Assembly (NCBI GenBank): GCA_963706695.1
Contig: CAVPNC010000003.1
Span: 99,190 to 163,189, forward strand
Reading direction: 5' to 3'
Origin: an uncultured Chloroflexia bacterium
Lineage (GTDB): Bacteria; Chloroflexota; Limnocylindria; Limnocylindrales; CSP1-4
DNA: 64,000 nt
The position numbers and the translations under genes are program-made. Below the pieces are notes generated by a model that saw only the letters and a list, made by a program, of their open reading frames with translations, was not told where the DNA came from and did not search any database. Below are positions 43,336 to 52,388 of the stretch, in pieces. How positions within the stretch are numbered: the stretch's first letter is position 1; every line of letters begins with the position of its first letter.

Positions 43336-44477
43336 GCTGATGGCACCGATCCGGTGATGCCGTCCAGCTCGTCCTGTGTCGGCAGCTCCTGCTGCGTGGC
43401 CAGCCGCTGCAGCAGGAGCGCGCTGGCTGCGGCCGCGCCGGGCCGTCCCACTCCACGAGCTGCTGCTGCCATCGCCGCACGACGCGCATCGAAGAGCAGG
43501 TCGCAGGCCATGCGCAGCGTGTCGCCATCGAGGTCCGCATCGTCCACCACGATGGCGGCGCCGGCATCGACCATCTCCGCGGCGTTGGCCTGCTGGTGCG
43601 CGGCGGCGTGCGGATAGGGCACCACGATCATGGGGACGCCGGCGGCGGCCGACTCGGCGAGGGAGGAAGAGCCGGCCCGTCCGACCAGGATGTCCGACGC
43701 GGCCAGGGCCGCGTCCATGTCGTCGAGCAGGAACCGGAAGGGCCGGTAGCGATCACGCTGCGTCTCTGGCAGGCTGGCTCGAAGCGCCTCGGCCGCCTCG
43801 ATGCCGGCATCCCCGGCGATGTGGACCACGCTGCACCGTTCGACGAGGTCGTGGAGGGCGTCGGCCACCGCGTCGTTGAGTCGCTTGACCGCTTGCGACC
43901 CACCGAAGATGAGCATCGTCGGGACGTCGGCGGGCAGGTGCAGGCGCGCCCGACCCGCCGCCTGATCGACACCGCGGAGGCCGCGGATGGGCGTGCCGGT
44001 GACCAGCACCGGCTCCGGCAGCCGGCCGCGCGTGACGGGGAACGAGACGCTGCGGACCGAGGCCAGGCGCGCGCTCAGCCGCACGCTGCGCCCGGGGATG
44101 GCGTTGCCCTCCCAGAGCAGGCTGGGGATGCGCAGCAGCGCCGCCGCGACCAGCACCGGGATGGCCACGTAGCCACCGGTGGTGTAGATGACGTCCGGCC
44201 GCCAGCGCAGGAGCTTCCACAGGGCTTGCGGCACCGACGCGGCCAGGCGCAAGGGATCGAGGACCGTGTTCGGCGAGGCATCGACGGAGCGCAGCGAGCG
44301 CAGCCACAGACGCTCGAGGCGGATGTCCGCGGTCGGCACGATCTCCTGTTCCAGGCCTCGGTGTCCGCCGAGCCAGCGCAGCTCCAGGTCAGGCTGTCGC
44401 GTCTGTACCTGGGTCACGACGGCCAGGGCGGGATAGATGTGGCCGCCGGTGCCCCCGGCTGCGACGAGGATCCTCAT
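43332..44477 (-). CDS. murG: undecaprenyldiphospho-muramoylpentapeptide beta-N-acetylglucosaminyltransferase
   Basis: Start taken at MRILVAAGGTGGHIYPALAV (ATG 44477). FGGSQAV and a C-terminal glycosyltransferase 28 region are present. Confidence 0.9.
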   Translation of the reverse strand: MRILVAAGGTGGHIYPALAVVTQVQTRQPDLELRWLGGHRGLEQEIVPTADIRLERLWLRSLRSVDASPNTVLDPLRLAASVPQALWKLLRWRPDVIYTTGGYVAIPVLVAAALLRIPSLLWEGNAIPGRSVRLSARLASVRSVSFPVTRGRLPEPVLVTGTPIRGLRGVDQAAGRARLHLPADVPTMLIFGGSQAVKRLNDAVADALHDLVERCSVVHIAGDAGIEAAEALRASLPETQRDRYRPFRFLLDDMDAALAASDILVGRAGSSSLAESAAAGVPMIVVPYPHAAAHQQANAAEMVDAGAAIVVDDADLDGDTLRMACDLLFDARRAAMAAAARGVGRPGAAAASALLLQRLATQQELPTQDELDGITGSVPSA

Positions 44478-45882
44478 GCGCGCTGGCACCTCGGGTAACG
44501 GTCTCTCGGGAGATGGATAGAAGGATACCGACGGCGGCGAGAACGACCACCAGCGAGGTCCCGCCCTTGCTCAGGAACGGTAGCGGCATGCCGGTCATGG
44601 GGATGAGGCTGACCACCACCGCGATGTTGATGAAGGCCTGGTAGGTGAGCCAGGCGGTGATGCCCAGGGCCAGCAGCCCGCCAAAGGTGTCGGGTGCGTT
44701 CATGGCCACGCGCATGCCGCGCCAGGCCAGCGCCAGGAAGAGGCCGATCACGAGCAGGCCACCAACGAACCCGAACTCCTGGCCCACGACCGCGAAGATG
44801 AAGTCGTTCTCGGCCGCCGGGACCGACCAGCCCGCCGGCTGTTGACTGAAGCCCAGGCCCTTGCCCGTGAGGCCGCCGTAGGCCAGCGAGTAGATGCCGC
44901 GGAACGTCTGGAAGCCAGCGCCGGACGCGTCAGACAGGGGATCGAGGAAGATGAGCACGCGCTGGAGCATGTACGGCTTCATCAGCACCACCCCGGCCAC
45001 GGCCGCCACGCCCAGGGGCACCATCAGCAGCAGCTGCCAGACGCTGCCGCCGGCCACGAAGAACATGGTGAAGGCGGTGAGCACGATGACGCCGGTGGTG
45101 CCCAGGTCTGGCTCGAGCAGGATGAGTCCGGCGAACACGCTCACGAGCAGCACGAAGGGGATGAGTCCGCGGCGGAAGGAGCCCACGCCCTTGCCCTTGC
45201 GGCTGAGCCAGTGGGCAAGGAAGATGACCAGCGCCAGCTTGGCGACCTCGGTCGGCTGGAACGAGGGCATGCCGCCGATCCTCAGCCAGCGCGTGGCGCC
45301 ATTGGCGTCGATGGGCTGGACCAGGGGCGGGATGCTGGGCCCGATGACGAGCACCAGCAGCACGATGGCCACCGCGATGCCGAGGATGGAGAACGAACGC
45401 CAGTAGCGGTAGTCGATACGGCTGACGAAGACGAGCACCAGCCCGCCCAGCAGGCCCCAGCCAAGCTGCTCGCTGACGGCGTCGAAGACGCTGCCCTCGA
45501 GCGCGGCCTTCCAGCCGCCGCTGGAGTAGACCATGAGGATGCCGATGGCCGAAAGCGCGGCGGCCACCGCCATCAAGAGGTAGTCCGGCTCGTGCTGCTC
45601 TCGCTGCGGACCCTTCACCACGCGGCCGGCGGTGCGGTCGCGCGCAGCCTCCCGCGAGGCGTGCCCGGTGGTGCGGATGGCGGGCGGCAGCGGGATGGGG
45701 ATCGGGACGGTCGCCACCGAGCGCGAGACGCTGGGGAGACGGCGAGTCGCCGGCTTGCGTGGCTGACGGCTGGCGTGGGAGCGGCTGCTCGGGTGGCGAC
45801 CGGCCCGGGGCCGGAAAGCACTCGGGGCGACCTCGCGCCGACCGTCGTCGTCTTCCCAGGGGAAGCGCAGGGCTTCCGTCAT
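44389..45882 (-). CDS. ftsW: SEDS family peptidoglycan polymerase FtsW
   Basis: 497-aa ORF with a long basic N-terminal tail and about 10 TM segments. Motifs: ENDFIFAVVGQEFGFVG, LPFLSKGGTSLV. The 3' end overlaps murG by about 89 nt. Confidence 0.88.
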   Translation of the reverse strand: MTEALRFPWEDDDGRREVAPSAFRPRAGRHPSSRSHASRQPRKPATRRLPSVSRSVATVPIPIPLPPAIRTTGHASREAARDRTAGRVVKGPQREQHEPDYLLMAVAAALSAIGILMVYSSGGWKAALEGSVFDAVSEQLGWGLLGGLVLVFVSRIDYRYWRSFSILGIAVAIVLLVLVIGPSIPPLVQPIDANGATRWLRIGGMPSFQPTEVAKLALVIFLAHWLSRKGKGVGSFRRGLIPFVLLVSVFAGLILLEPDLGTTGVIVLTAFTMFFVAGGSVWQLLLMVPLGVAAVAGVVLMKPYMLQRVLIFLDPLSDASGAGFQTFRGIYSLAYGGLTGKGLGFSQQPAGWSVPAAENDFIFAVVGQEFGFVGGLLVIGLFLALAWRGMRVAMNAPDTFGGLLALGITAWLTYQAFINIAVVVSLIPMTGMPLPFLSKGGTSLVVVLAAVGILLSISRETVTRGASAHEDPRRSRGHRRPHLSRPGRRDPGTDATA

Positions 45883-47363
45883 GAGGCGTTCTCCCCTCTG
45901 GCGGCTCGGGCGGTCACGGCGGCCTTGAAGGCCCGGCCACGGGCCTCGTAGTCCTCGAACATGTCGAACGAGGCCGCCGCCGGGCTCAACAGCACGGTGG
46001 CCGGGGTGTGCGTGCGTGCGATGGCCGTGGCCCGCGCGACGGCCTCCTCCATGGAGGCGGCGCGTTCGATGCGCGCCAGCCCGGCCGCCGCGAAGGCGGC
46101 CTCGAGCTGATCGGCCGTCTCCCCCATGAGCACCGCCGCGGTCACGCGCTCGGCTACGGCCGCCGCCAGCTCGTCCACGGGCACGCCCTTGGAGCGCCCG
46201 CCCGCGATGAGCACGAGTGGCTGCTCGAAGGCCCGCACGGCGGCCATGACGGCGTCCGGCTGCGTACCCTGGGAGTCGTTGATGTAGGTCACGCCCTCGA
46301 TCTCGTCGACGCGTTCGAGCCGGTGCTCGACACCGCCGAACTCGCGCACCGCCTGGGCGATCGCGTCCGGGGCCACTCCGTGGAGCAGCCCCACCGCCAC
46401 CGCAGCCAGGACGTTGGAGACGTTGTGCTCGCCGGGGATGGGGATGTCGGCGAGGGGCAGGATGCGACCATCGTGGCCCGCGGGCCTCATGGCTTCGCCG
46501 GCGACCACCCAGCCATCGGCCACGCCCAGCGCGGCCGGGCCCGGGGCGGAGCGAGCGTAGGCCACCACGCGCGCACCCTCGGGGGCGGTGTAGCCGGCCA
46601 CGACCGGGTCCTCGTCATTGCGCACGAGCACGCCGCCGACGGGCAGCAGCTCGACGAGGCGGCGCTTGACCTGACGGTAGGCCTCCAGCGAGCCGTGGCG
46701 GTCGAGGTGGTCGGAGGTGACGTGGGTGTAGACCGCGATGTCGGTGCCGCGTGAGAGGGTGGGCAGCTGCAGCTCCGAGAGCTCCAGCACCACACGGTGC
46801 CCGGAGGTCAGCTGGGGCAGGCGCTCGATGAGGGGGACGCCGATGTTCCCGCCCAGGACGACTGGGGCCTGGCCCGCGCCGAGCACCGCCGCGGTCAGCG
46901 AGCTGGTGGTGGTCTTGCCCTTGGTGCCGGTGACGCCCACCGTGGCGGCGGGACAGAGGCGCAGGAAGAGGTCGACCTCGCTCACCACCGGCACCCGCCC
47001 GGCCGCTTCGACCGCGGCGAGGGCGCCGCGCAGGCGTGGCTCGGTGGTGGGATAGCGGCTGCTGACCGAGGGCGAGGTGCAGATCATGGCCTGGCCGGCA
47101 AGCGCCTCCGCCGGATCCACCTGCGGGCCCAGCAGCAACCGGACCCGGCGCCCACCGAGCGCCTCGACGGCCTCGCCCAGCTGCTCGGCCGTGCGCGTGT
47201 CGTACACGGTCACGCTCGCGCCCTGGTCGGCCAGGAAGCGCGTGAGGGCGATGCCGCTGCGTGCCAGGCCCAGCACCGCCACGGGCTGCTCGCGGAAGGA
47301 GCCCGGTCGCAGGTTCCCGAGGTCGATGACGGAGGCCTGAGGTGGGGTCGCCATGGGGGTCAA
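45879..47363 (-). CDS. murD: UDP-N-acetylmuramoylalanine--D-glutamate ligase
   Basis: 494-aa ORF with VLGLARSGIALTRFL, GVTGTKGKTTTSS, and GGRSKG in the C-terminal domain. Confidence 0.9.
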   Translation of the reverse strand: MTPMATPPQASVIDLGNLRPGSFREQPVAVLGLARSGIALTRFLADQGASVTVYDTRTAEQLGEAVEALGGRRVRLLLGPQVDPAEALAGQAMICTSPSVSSRYPTTEPRLRGALAAVEAAGRVPVVSEVDLFLRLCPAATVGVTGTKGKTTTSSLTAAVLGAGQAPVVLGGNIGVPLIERLPQLTSGHRVVLELSELQLPTLSRGTDIAVYTHVTSDHLDRHGSLEAYRQVKRRLVELLPVGGVLVRNDEDPVVAGYTAPEGARVVAYARSAPGPAALGVADGWVVAGEAMRPAGHDGRILPLADIPIPGEHNVSNVLAAVAVGLLHGVAPDAIAQAVREFGGVEHRLERVDEIEGVTYINDSQGTQPDAVMAAVRAFEQPLVLIAGGRSKGVPVDELAAAVAERVTAAVLMGETADQLEAAFAAAGLARIERAASMEEAVARATAIARTHTPATVLLSPAAASFDMFEDYEARGRAFKAAVTARAARGENAS

Positions 47364-48349
47364 CTGAGCAAGCCGATGGTGGCCATGTAGAAGGCCACGC
47401 CGACGAGTGCCGCGAGGGCGCCGATGATCCAGAAGCGAAGGGTGATCTTCTCCTCATCCCAGCCGATGAGCTCGAAGTGGTGGTGGAGCGGCGACATCTT
47501 GAAGATGCGGCGGCCGCGGAGCTTGACCGAGGCCACCTGCAGGATGACCGAGCCGGTCTCCAGCACGAACACGAGACCGATGAGCGGCAGCAGCAGGACC
47601 TGGCCGGTGATCACCGCGGTCACGGCCAGCGTGGCCCCGAGCGCCAGTGAGCCCGAGTCACCCATGAAGATCTGCGCCGGATGGACGTTGAACCAAAGGA
47701 ACGCGAGGAGGGCGCCGATGATGAGGGCGCACAGCTCGGCCAGGTTCGGCTGCCCGAAGGTGAAGGCGATGATCATGTAGCCCACGAAGGCGAAGATGAG
47801 CGTGCCACCGGAGAGCCCGTCGAGGCCGTCGGTGATGTTGACCGCGTTGCTCGTGGCCACGATGGCGAAGGCAGCGATGAGGATGAAGGCCACGGGGTGG
47901 ATGTCGACGGCACCCACGAACGGAACCGCCAGCTGGTCGATCTCGTACGTGTTCTGGATCTGCCAGGCGGCCACGCCGGCGACCACGGTCTGCCACAGCA
48001 GCTTCTGGGTCGCGCTGATGCCATCGCCGGTGCGGGCATTGAGCCAGTCATCGACCGTGCCCAGCCCGCCCACCAGCGCGAGCGTGGCCAGGGGCGCGAT
48101 GGTGGAACCGTCGAGGAAGCTGCCGGTGATGAGCTCGAGCACCGCCGCGATGCCCAGCACCACCACCACGATGAGGAGGCCGCCCATGGCGGGCGTGCCT
48201 TCCTTGGCGTAGTGCGTCTCGGGCCCTTCGAGGCGGATGCGCTTGCCCATGCCGATGCGCCGCAGCAGGCGGATGAAGGCCGGCATGAGCACGACCACGA
48301 TGGCGAAGGAGATGAGGACGCCGTAGACGATGGATTCGCCGTCGATCAC
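47360..48349 (-). CDS. mraY: phospho-N-acetylmuramoyl-pentapeptide transferase
   Basis: 329-aa ORF that is TM rich, with NAVNITDGLDGL, FMGDSGSLALG, SPLHHHFEL. Confidence 0.95.
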   Translation of the reverse strand: MIDGESIVYGVLISFAIVVVLMPAFIRLLRRIGMGKRIRLEGPETHYAKEGTPAMGGLLIVVVVLGIAAVLELITGSFLDGSTIAPLATLALVGGLGTVDDWLNARTGDGISATQKLLWQTVVAGVAAWQIQNTYEIDQLAVPFVGAVDIHPVAFILIAAFAIVATSNAVNITDGLDGLSGGTLIFAFVGYMIIAFTFGQPNLAELCALIIGALLAFLWFNVHPAQIFMGDSGSLALGATLAVTAVITGQVLLLPLIGLVFVLETGSVILQVASVKLRGRRIFKMSPLHHHFELIGWDEEKITLRFWIIGALAALVGVAFYMATIGLLS

Positions 48350-49803
48350 GCCCGAGCCTCCCCTGCCTGCACGAGGTCCTCGACGAGCAGGTCGAGGGCC
48401 GCGCCGCGTGAGGCCTTGACGAGGATCGAGTCGCCCTCCTGCAGCTGGCCCAACAGCATCACGAGCGCCTCGTCCCGGTCAGCCGCCTGGTGGACGCGCC
48501 CCGCGCCCAGGCCGCCTTCGATGGCTCCCTCGGCGATGCCCTGGGCACCCGAGCCCACGACCACGAGCTGATCGGCGATGCCGGCCGCGTAGCGGCCCAC
48601 CCGCTGGTGTTCGTCGGCGGCGCTGTGGCCCAGCTCGAGCATCTCCCCCAGCACGGCGAGATGCCGCCCCGGCAGCTCCGAGAGGAGGTCCAGAGCTGCC
48701 AGGACGGCATCGGGAGATGCGTTGTAGGAGTCGTCGAGGACCGTCCACGGACCGGCCGCCACGAGCTGTGAGCGGTGCGGCATCTGCAGTGGACGGGCGA
48801 GGCCGGTGATGACGTCGGCGATGTCCATGCCCGCGCGGTCGGCCACCGCCACCGCGGCCAACGCGTTGTGCACCCCATGACGGCCCAGCACGGGCGTGCT
48901 GACCTCGTAGGTGTCCCCGTCGAGGTGGAGCGTGAAGCGCATGCCCTCCGTGCCGAGCGAGACGACGTTGGTGGCGCGCACGTCGGCGCCCGCGGCGAAG
49001 CCATAGCTGCGAACCCGCGCGGGGGTATGGCCGGCCATGCGCATGACCCGTTCGTCGTCGGCGTTGAGGATGGCCCAGCCCTCTGCCGGCAGCGCCTCCA
49101 CCAGCTCGCGCTTGCCCGCTTCGATGGCCTCGATCGAGCCGGCACGCGACAGGTGCACGCCGCGCACCGCGGTGACGACGCCGATGCTGGGTCGGGCCAG
49201 CCTCGCGAGCAGGGCGATCTCCCCGGTGGTGTAGAGGCCCATCTCGAGGACGGCCACCTCGTGCTCGGGACGCAGCTGCAGCAGGGTCATGGGCAGGCCG
49301 ATCTCGTTGTTCCAGTTGGCCGGGTTGCGCAGCACCCTGAAGTCTTCCTGGAGGACCTCCGCGATCTGTTCCTTGGTGGACGTCTTGGCCAGCGAGCCGG
49401 TGATACCCACGACCAGGGGCCTGAACCGATCGCGATAGGTGGCCGCGACCGCGCGCAGGGCGTCCGACGTGTCGGGTACGCGCACGACCGACACCCGGCC
49501 GTGCGCTGAGAGGGCCGCGAGCCGAGCGGGCTCCAGCTCGATGCTCACCAGCAGCGCCGCCGCTCCAGCCTCGACCGCGGCCTCGAGGAAGCGATGTCCG
49601 TCGGTGCGCTCCCCGGGCAAGGCGAAGAACGCCACGCCCTCGCTGACCGCTCGCGAGTCGATCGCGCCGCCGCTGATGGTGGCGCTGCCCACGCGCACCA
49701 GCTCGCCACCCGCGGCCGCTGCCAGCGAGGGGCCGTCGAATCGTGTCGCGGCGTCGGTCATCGACGCCGCGACCGGTGCCATTCGCTCTGGTCCTTCATC
49801 CAT
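48346..49803 (-). CDS. murF: UDP-N-acetylmuramoyl-tripeptide--D-alanyl-D-alanine ligase
   Basis: Start taken at ATG 49803 (MDEGPERMAPV...), 20 nt after the PBP stop. Motifs: GITGSLAKTSTKE, NWNNEIGLP, DDSYNASP, LGEMLELG. The upstream part of ORF 48346..50241 is an out-of-frame overlap with the PBP gene. Confidence 0.88.
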   Translation of the reverse strand: MDEGPERMAPVAASMTDAATRFDGPSLAAAAGGELVRVGSATISGGAIDSRAVSEGVAFFALPGERTDGHRFLEAAVEAGAAALLVSIELEPARLAALSAHGRVSVVRVPDTSDALRAVAATYRDRFRPLVVGITGSLAKTSTKEQIAEVLQEDFRVLRNPANWNNEIGLPMTLLQLRPEHEVAVLEMGLYTTGEIALLARLARPSIGVVTAVRGVHLSRAGSIEAIEAGKRELVEALPAEGWAILNADDERVMRMAGHTPARVRSYGFAAGADVRATNVVSLGTEGMRFTLHLDGDTYEVSTPVLGRHGVHNALAAVAVADRAGMDIADVITGLARPLQMPHRSQLVAAGPWTVLDDSYNASPDAVLAALDLLSELPGRHLAVLGEMLELGHSAADEHQRVGRYAAGIADQLVVVGSGAQGIAEGAIEGGLGAGRVHQAADRDEALVMLLGQLQEGDSILVKASRGAALDLLVEDLVQAGEARA

Positions 49804-49823
49804 GCCGGCCCATCCTGACACCC

Positions 49824-51815
49824 TTAGGTGCCTTGGCTCGCGATGGCGGTCGGGTCTGAGGCCCCTCCAGCGCCGGAGGCCGTGGGCTTCGACTTGGTTC
49901 GGCCGCCGACCGTGGCGTCGACCTGCTCTTTGGCACCCGACCTCGTGCTCTTGGCGGCCTTGACCGCCTGCCTGTTGCGTACCGGGTCGAGGACCCTGGC
50001 CGCGTAGGTCCCGATGATGGGGCGGCCGGCGCCGGGGTCCTTGGACTTCTTCATCTTCATCTTGTCGATGGTGGCGCGCGCCACCATCTGGTAGAGCTGG
50101 TACGACTCGATGCGCAGCGGGATGGAACCCTGCTTGATGCTGATGGGCACCGGTTCCTCCAGGCGGACGGCGATGACGTACTCCTGCTTCCGGCCGCCCA
50201 CGAAGCCGATGAAGCTGTGGTTGAAGCGGCGCTCCTTCCACCTGTCCTTCTTCGAGTTCCAGATCTGGGCCGTGCCCGTCTTGCCCCCGATCTCGTAGCC
50301 GGGGATGAGCGATCCCCTCGCGTACCAGGGCACCGACCCGGTCACGTGCTTGAGGATCTCCTTGGCCTGGTTGGCGGTCTTGGCCTTGAGCACGCGCTGC
50401 GGCTCGACCTGGGCGGCCTCGCCGGCGGCGGCGAGGTGCGGCTGCACCAGGTACCCGCCGTTGACGATGGTGGCGACACCGCGGGCCAGTTGTGGCAGCG
50501 TCACCGACACGCCCTGGCCGAAGGCACGGTTGGCCAGGTCGACGGGTGACCAGAGGGCCTCCTGCGGGTCGTACCAGGTGCCGTCCTCTTCATAGCCCAC
50601 GTCGGCGCCGGTCTTGTCGGTCATGCCCACCTTCTGCCACAGGCCGTAGAGGCGCTCCGCGGCCTTCTGGGTGCTGTTGGGCGCGAGCATGCGGGCGAGC
50701 TTGGCGGTGGCCACGTTCCTCGAGAGCGCGATGACGTCCTTGACCTTGAGGGCGCCCTCGCTCTTGTGATCGGCATTGCGCACGGTGTACTTCCAGAACT
50801 CCAGCTTCTTCGCGTCCTGGATGACGGTGCTGGGCGTGACCAGGCCCAGGTCGAGAGCGGCGGTGGCGGTGAAGATCTTCATGACCGAGCCCGGCTCGTA
50901 CGCGTCCCAGAAGACTCGGTTGCGCAGCTGGTCCATGTCCTTGTCAGCGAGGGCTGCGAAGTCCTCCGCGTCGAACGCCGGCACGGAGGCCACGGCCAGG
51001 ATGGCACCGGTCTCCGGGTCCATGACGATGGCGCTCACGCTCTTGGCTTTCGTGGCCACGTAGGCGGTGTGGAGCTCGTTCTCGACGGCGCGCTGGAGGC
51101 GAGCGTCGATGGTCAGCTCGAACGGCTCAGGCTGGACCACGCTCTGGAGTGCGATGCCCGACCCGCCGATCGTGGCCACGTCGACGGTCGACGGATCGAC
51201 GGTGGTGAGGGTCTCGTGGTAGTAGGCCTCCAGGCCCTGGCCTCCCTCGCCGTCACCGCGCACGTAGCCCAGGACCTGGCTCGCGAGCGAGGTGCCGGGT
51301 TCGCCACCCTTGGCCGGGTAGTGGCGGGCATCCACGGCCTCCACGCCGTAACCGGGCAGGAGCTTCTGCTCGAGCGCGTCGCGCACCTTCGTGCTCTGCT
51401 TCGTGGTCAGCTGCTTGTCGAGCGTGACGAACTGCTTGCCCTCCGCGATCTGCTGGCTCAGCAGCTCGGTGTACTGGCGCCGCTCTGGAGCGGTGAGGTC
51501 GAGCAGGGTCGCGAGCAGGTCGAGGCTGGGCTCAAGATCATCGGGATCCATCACGTCGGGGTACGCCACGAGCTTGTCGTAGGAGGAGGTCCTCGCGAGC
51601 ACCGTGCCCCGGCGATCGACGATGTCGGCCCGGATGACCTTCTGGGCCGAGGCTGCCCGGCGCGCCTTGTCGGCCTCGATGTACCCGCTCAGCTCCTCCG
51701 CGGCGACGACCTGCCAATAGCCGAGGCGCAAGCCGGCTGCCGAACCGATGACGGCGAAGACGAGCAGGATGGCCACCATGCGCAGGCGGCTGTCGGTACG
51801 ACCGAGGGCGGGCAT
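49824..51815 (-). CDS. ftsI: penicillin-binding protein, class B transpeptidase (FtsI-like)
   Basis: 663-aa ORF with an N-terminal TM segment, PBP dimer domain and transpeptidase motifs (EPGSVMK = SxxK, SRN, KTGTA). Confidence 0.9.
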   Translation of the reverse strand: MPALGRTDSRLRMVAILLVFAVIGSAAGLRLGYWQVVAAEELSGYIEADKARRAASAQKVIRADIVDRRGTVLARTSSYDKLVAYPDVMDPDDLEPSLDLLATLLDLTAPERRQYTELLSQQIAEGKQFVTLDKQLTTKQSTKVRDALEQKLLPGYGVEAVDARHYPAKGGEPGTSLASQVLGYVRGDGEGGQGLEAYYHETLTTVDPSTVDVATIGGSGIALQSVVQPEPFELTIDARLQRAVENELHTAYVATKAKSVSAIVMDPETGAILAVASVPAFDAEDFAALADKDMDQLRNRVFWDAYEPGSVMKIFTATAALDLGLVTPSTVIQDAKKLEFWKYTVRNADHKSEGALKVKDVIALSRNVATAKLARMLAPNSTQKAAERLYGLWQKVGMTDKTGADVGYEEDGTWYDPQEALWSPVDLANRAFGQGVSVTLPQLARGVATIVNGGYLVQPHLAAAGEAAQVEPQRVLKAKTANQAKEILKHVTGSVPWYARGSLIPGYEIGGKTGTAQIWNSKKDRWKERRFNHSFIGFVGGRKQEYVIAVRLEEPVPISIKQGSIPLRIESYQLYQMVARATIDKMKMKKSKDPGAGRPIIGTYAARVLDPVRNRQAVKAAKSTRSGAKEQVDATVGGRTKSKPTASGAGGASDPTAIASQGT

Positions 51816-51816
51816 G

Positions 51817-52185
51817 TCAGGGAGCTTCCAGCACGACCGGAGGGGGTAGCTTCTTGAGCTCCTGCTTCTTGGCCTTGGGCACGATGGTCTCGGCCAGGGT
51901 CAGCTCCAGCGCTGCGATCTCGTTGCGCGTGATGTCGGTGACGAGCTGCTCATGCCGGACCTCGAGCCGGCCGATCTCGGTCGAGGCGGCGTTGGTACCC
52001 AGGGTCGGCGTCAGGTACACCATCCCCAGCAGCGTGACCGACACGATGGCGGCCATGAGCAGGCCCACAGGTCGGACGCGGGGGCTGGCGCTGACGCTCT
52101 CAGTGACGCTGGCACGCTGCGAGCGACCCACCGACTCGGCCGGCAGGGCGGTGGTCCGCAGGCGGGTGCCCTGGTAGACCGCCAT
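51817..52185 (-). CDS. ftsL: FtsL-like cell division protein (single-pass membrane protein)
   Basis: 122-aa ORF with one TM segment (VGLLMAAIVSVTLLGMVYL) followed by a coiled-coil-like segment. Its position directly upstream of the PBP gene supports the call. Confidence 0.7.
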   Translation of the reverse strand: MAVYQGTRLRTTALPAESVGRSQRASVTESVSASPRVRPVGLLMAAIVSVTLLGMVYLTPTLGTNAASTEIGRLEVRHEQLVTDITRNEIAALELTLAETIVPKAKKQELKKLPPPVVLEAP

Positions 52186-52388
52186 CAGCTGGCGCGCGCG
52201 CTCGAGCCGGACGTGTCGACGTCCATGGCCGCGCGAGCAAGCGATCCGTCACGCTCCCAAGCGTCACCGCGACTCCAGCCACCCGGGCCGTCGAGATCGA
52301 CCTCGAGCTCGCTATTGCGGCGGGTACGCAGTTCCTTCATGCGGCGGCCATAGGCCTGGCGCCGAGAGTTGCCGTGACGGCTGCTCAT
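52185..52388 (-). CDS. small basic/acidic hypothetical protein (67 aa) between rsmH and ftsL
   Basis: Sequence: MSSRHGNSRRQAYGRRMKELRTRRNSELEVDLDGPGGWSRGDAWERDGSLARAAMDVDTSGSSARAS. Its ATG overlaps the rsmH stop (ATGA) and its TGA overlaps the ftsL ATG (TGATG). By eye its third-position GC is lower than that of its neighbours. Confidence 0.45.
   Translation of the reverse strand: MSSRHGNSRRQAYGRRMKELRTRRNSELEVDLDGPGGWSRGDAWERDGSLARAAMDVDTSGSSARAS

Noticed and set aside
48346-50241. A 631-aa ORF suggesting MurF with a long N-terminal extension.
   Set aside because: The upstream 146 codons overlap the 3' end of the PBP gene out of frame and are Arg/His/Gly/Pro-rich. MurF homology starts after ATG 49803, just downstream of the PBP stop.
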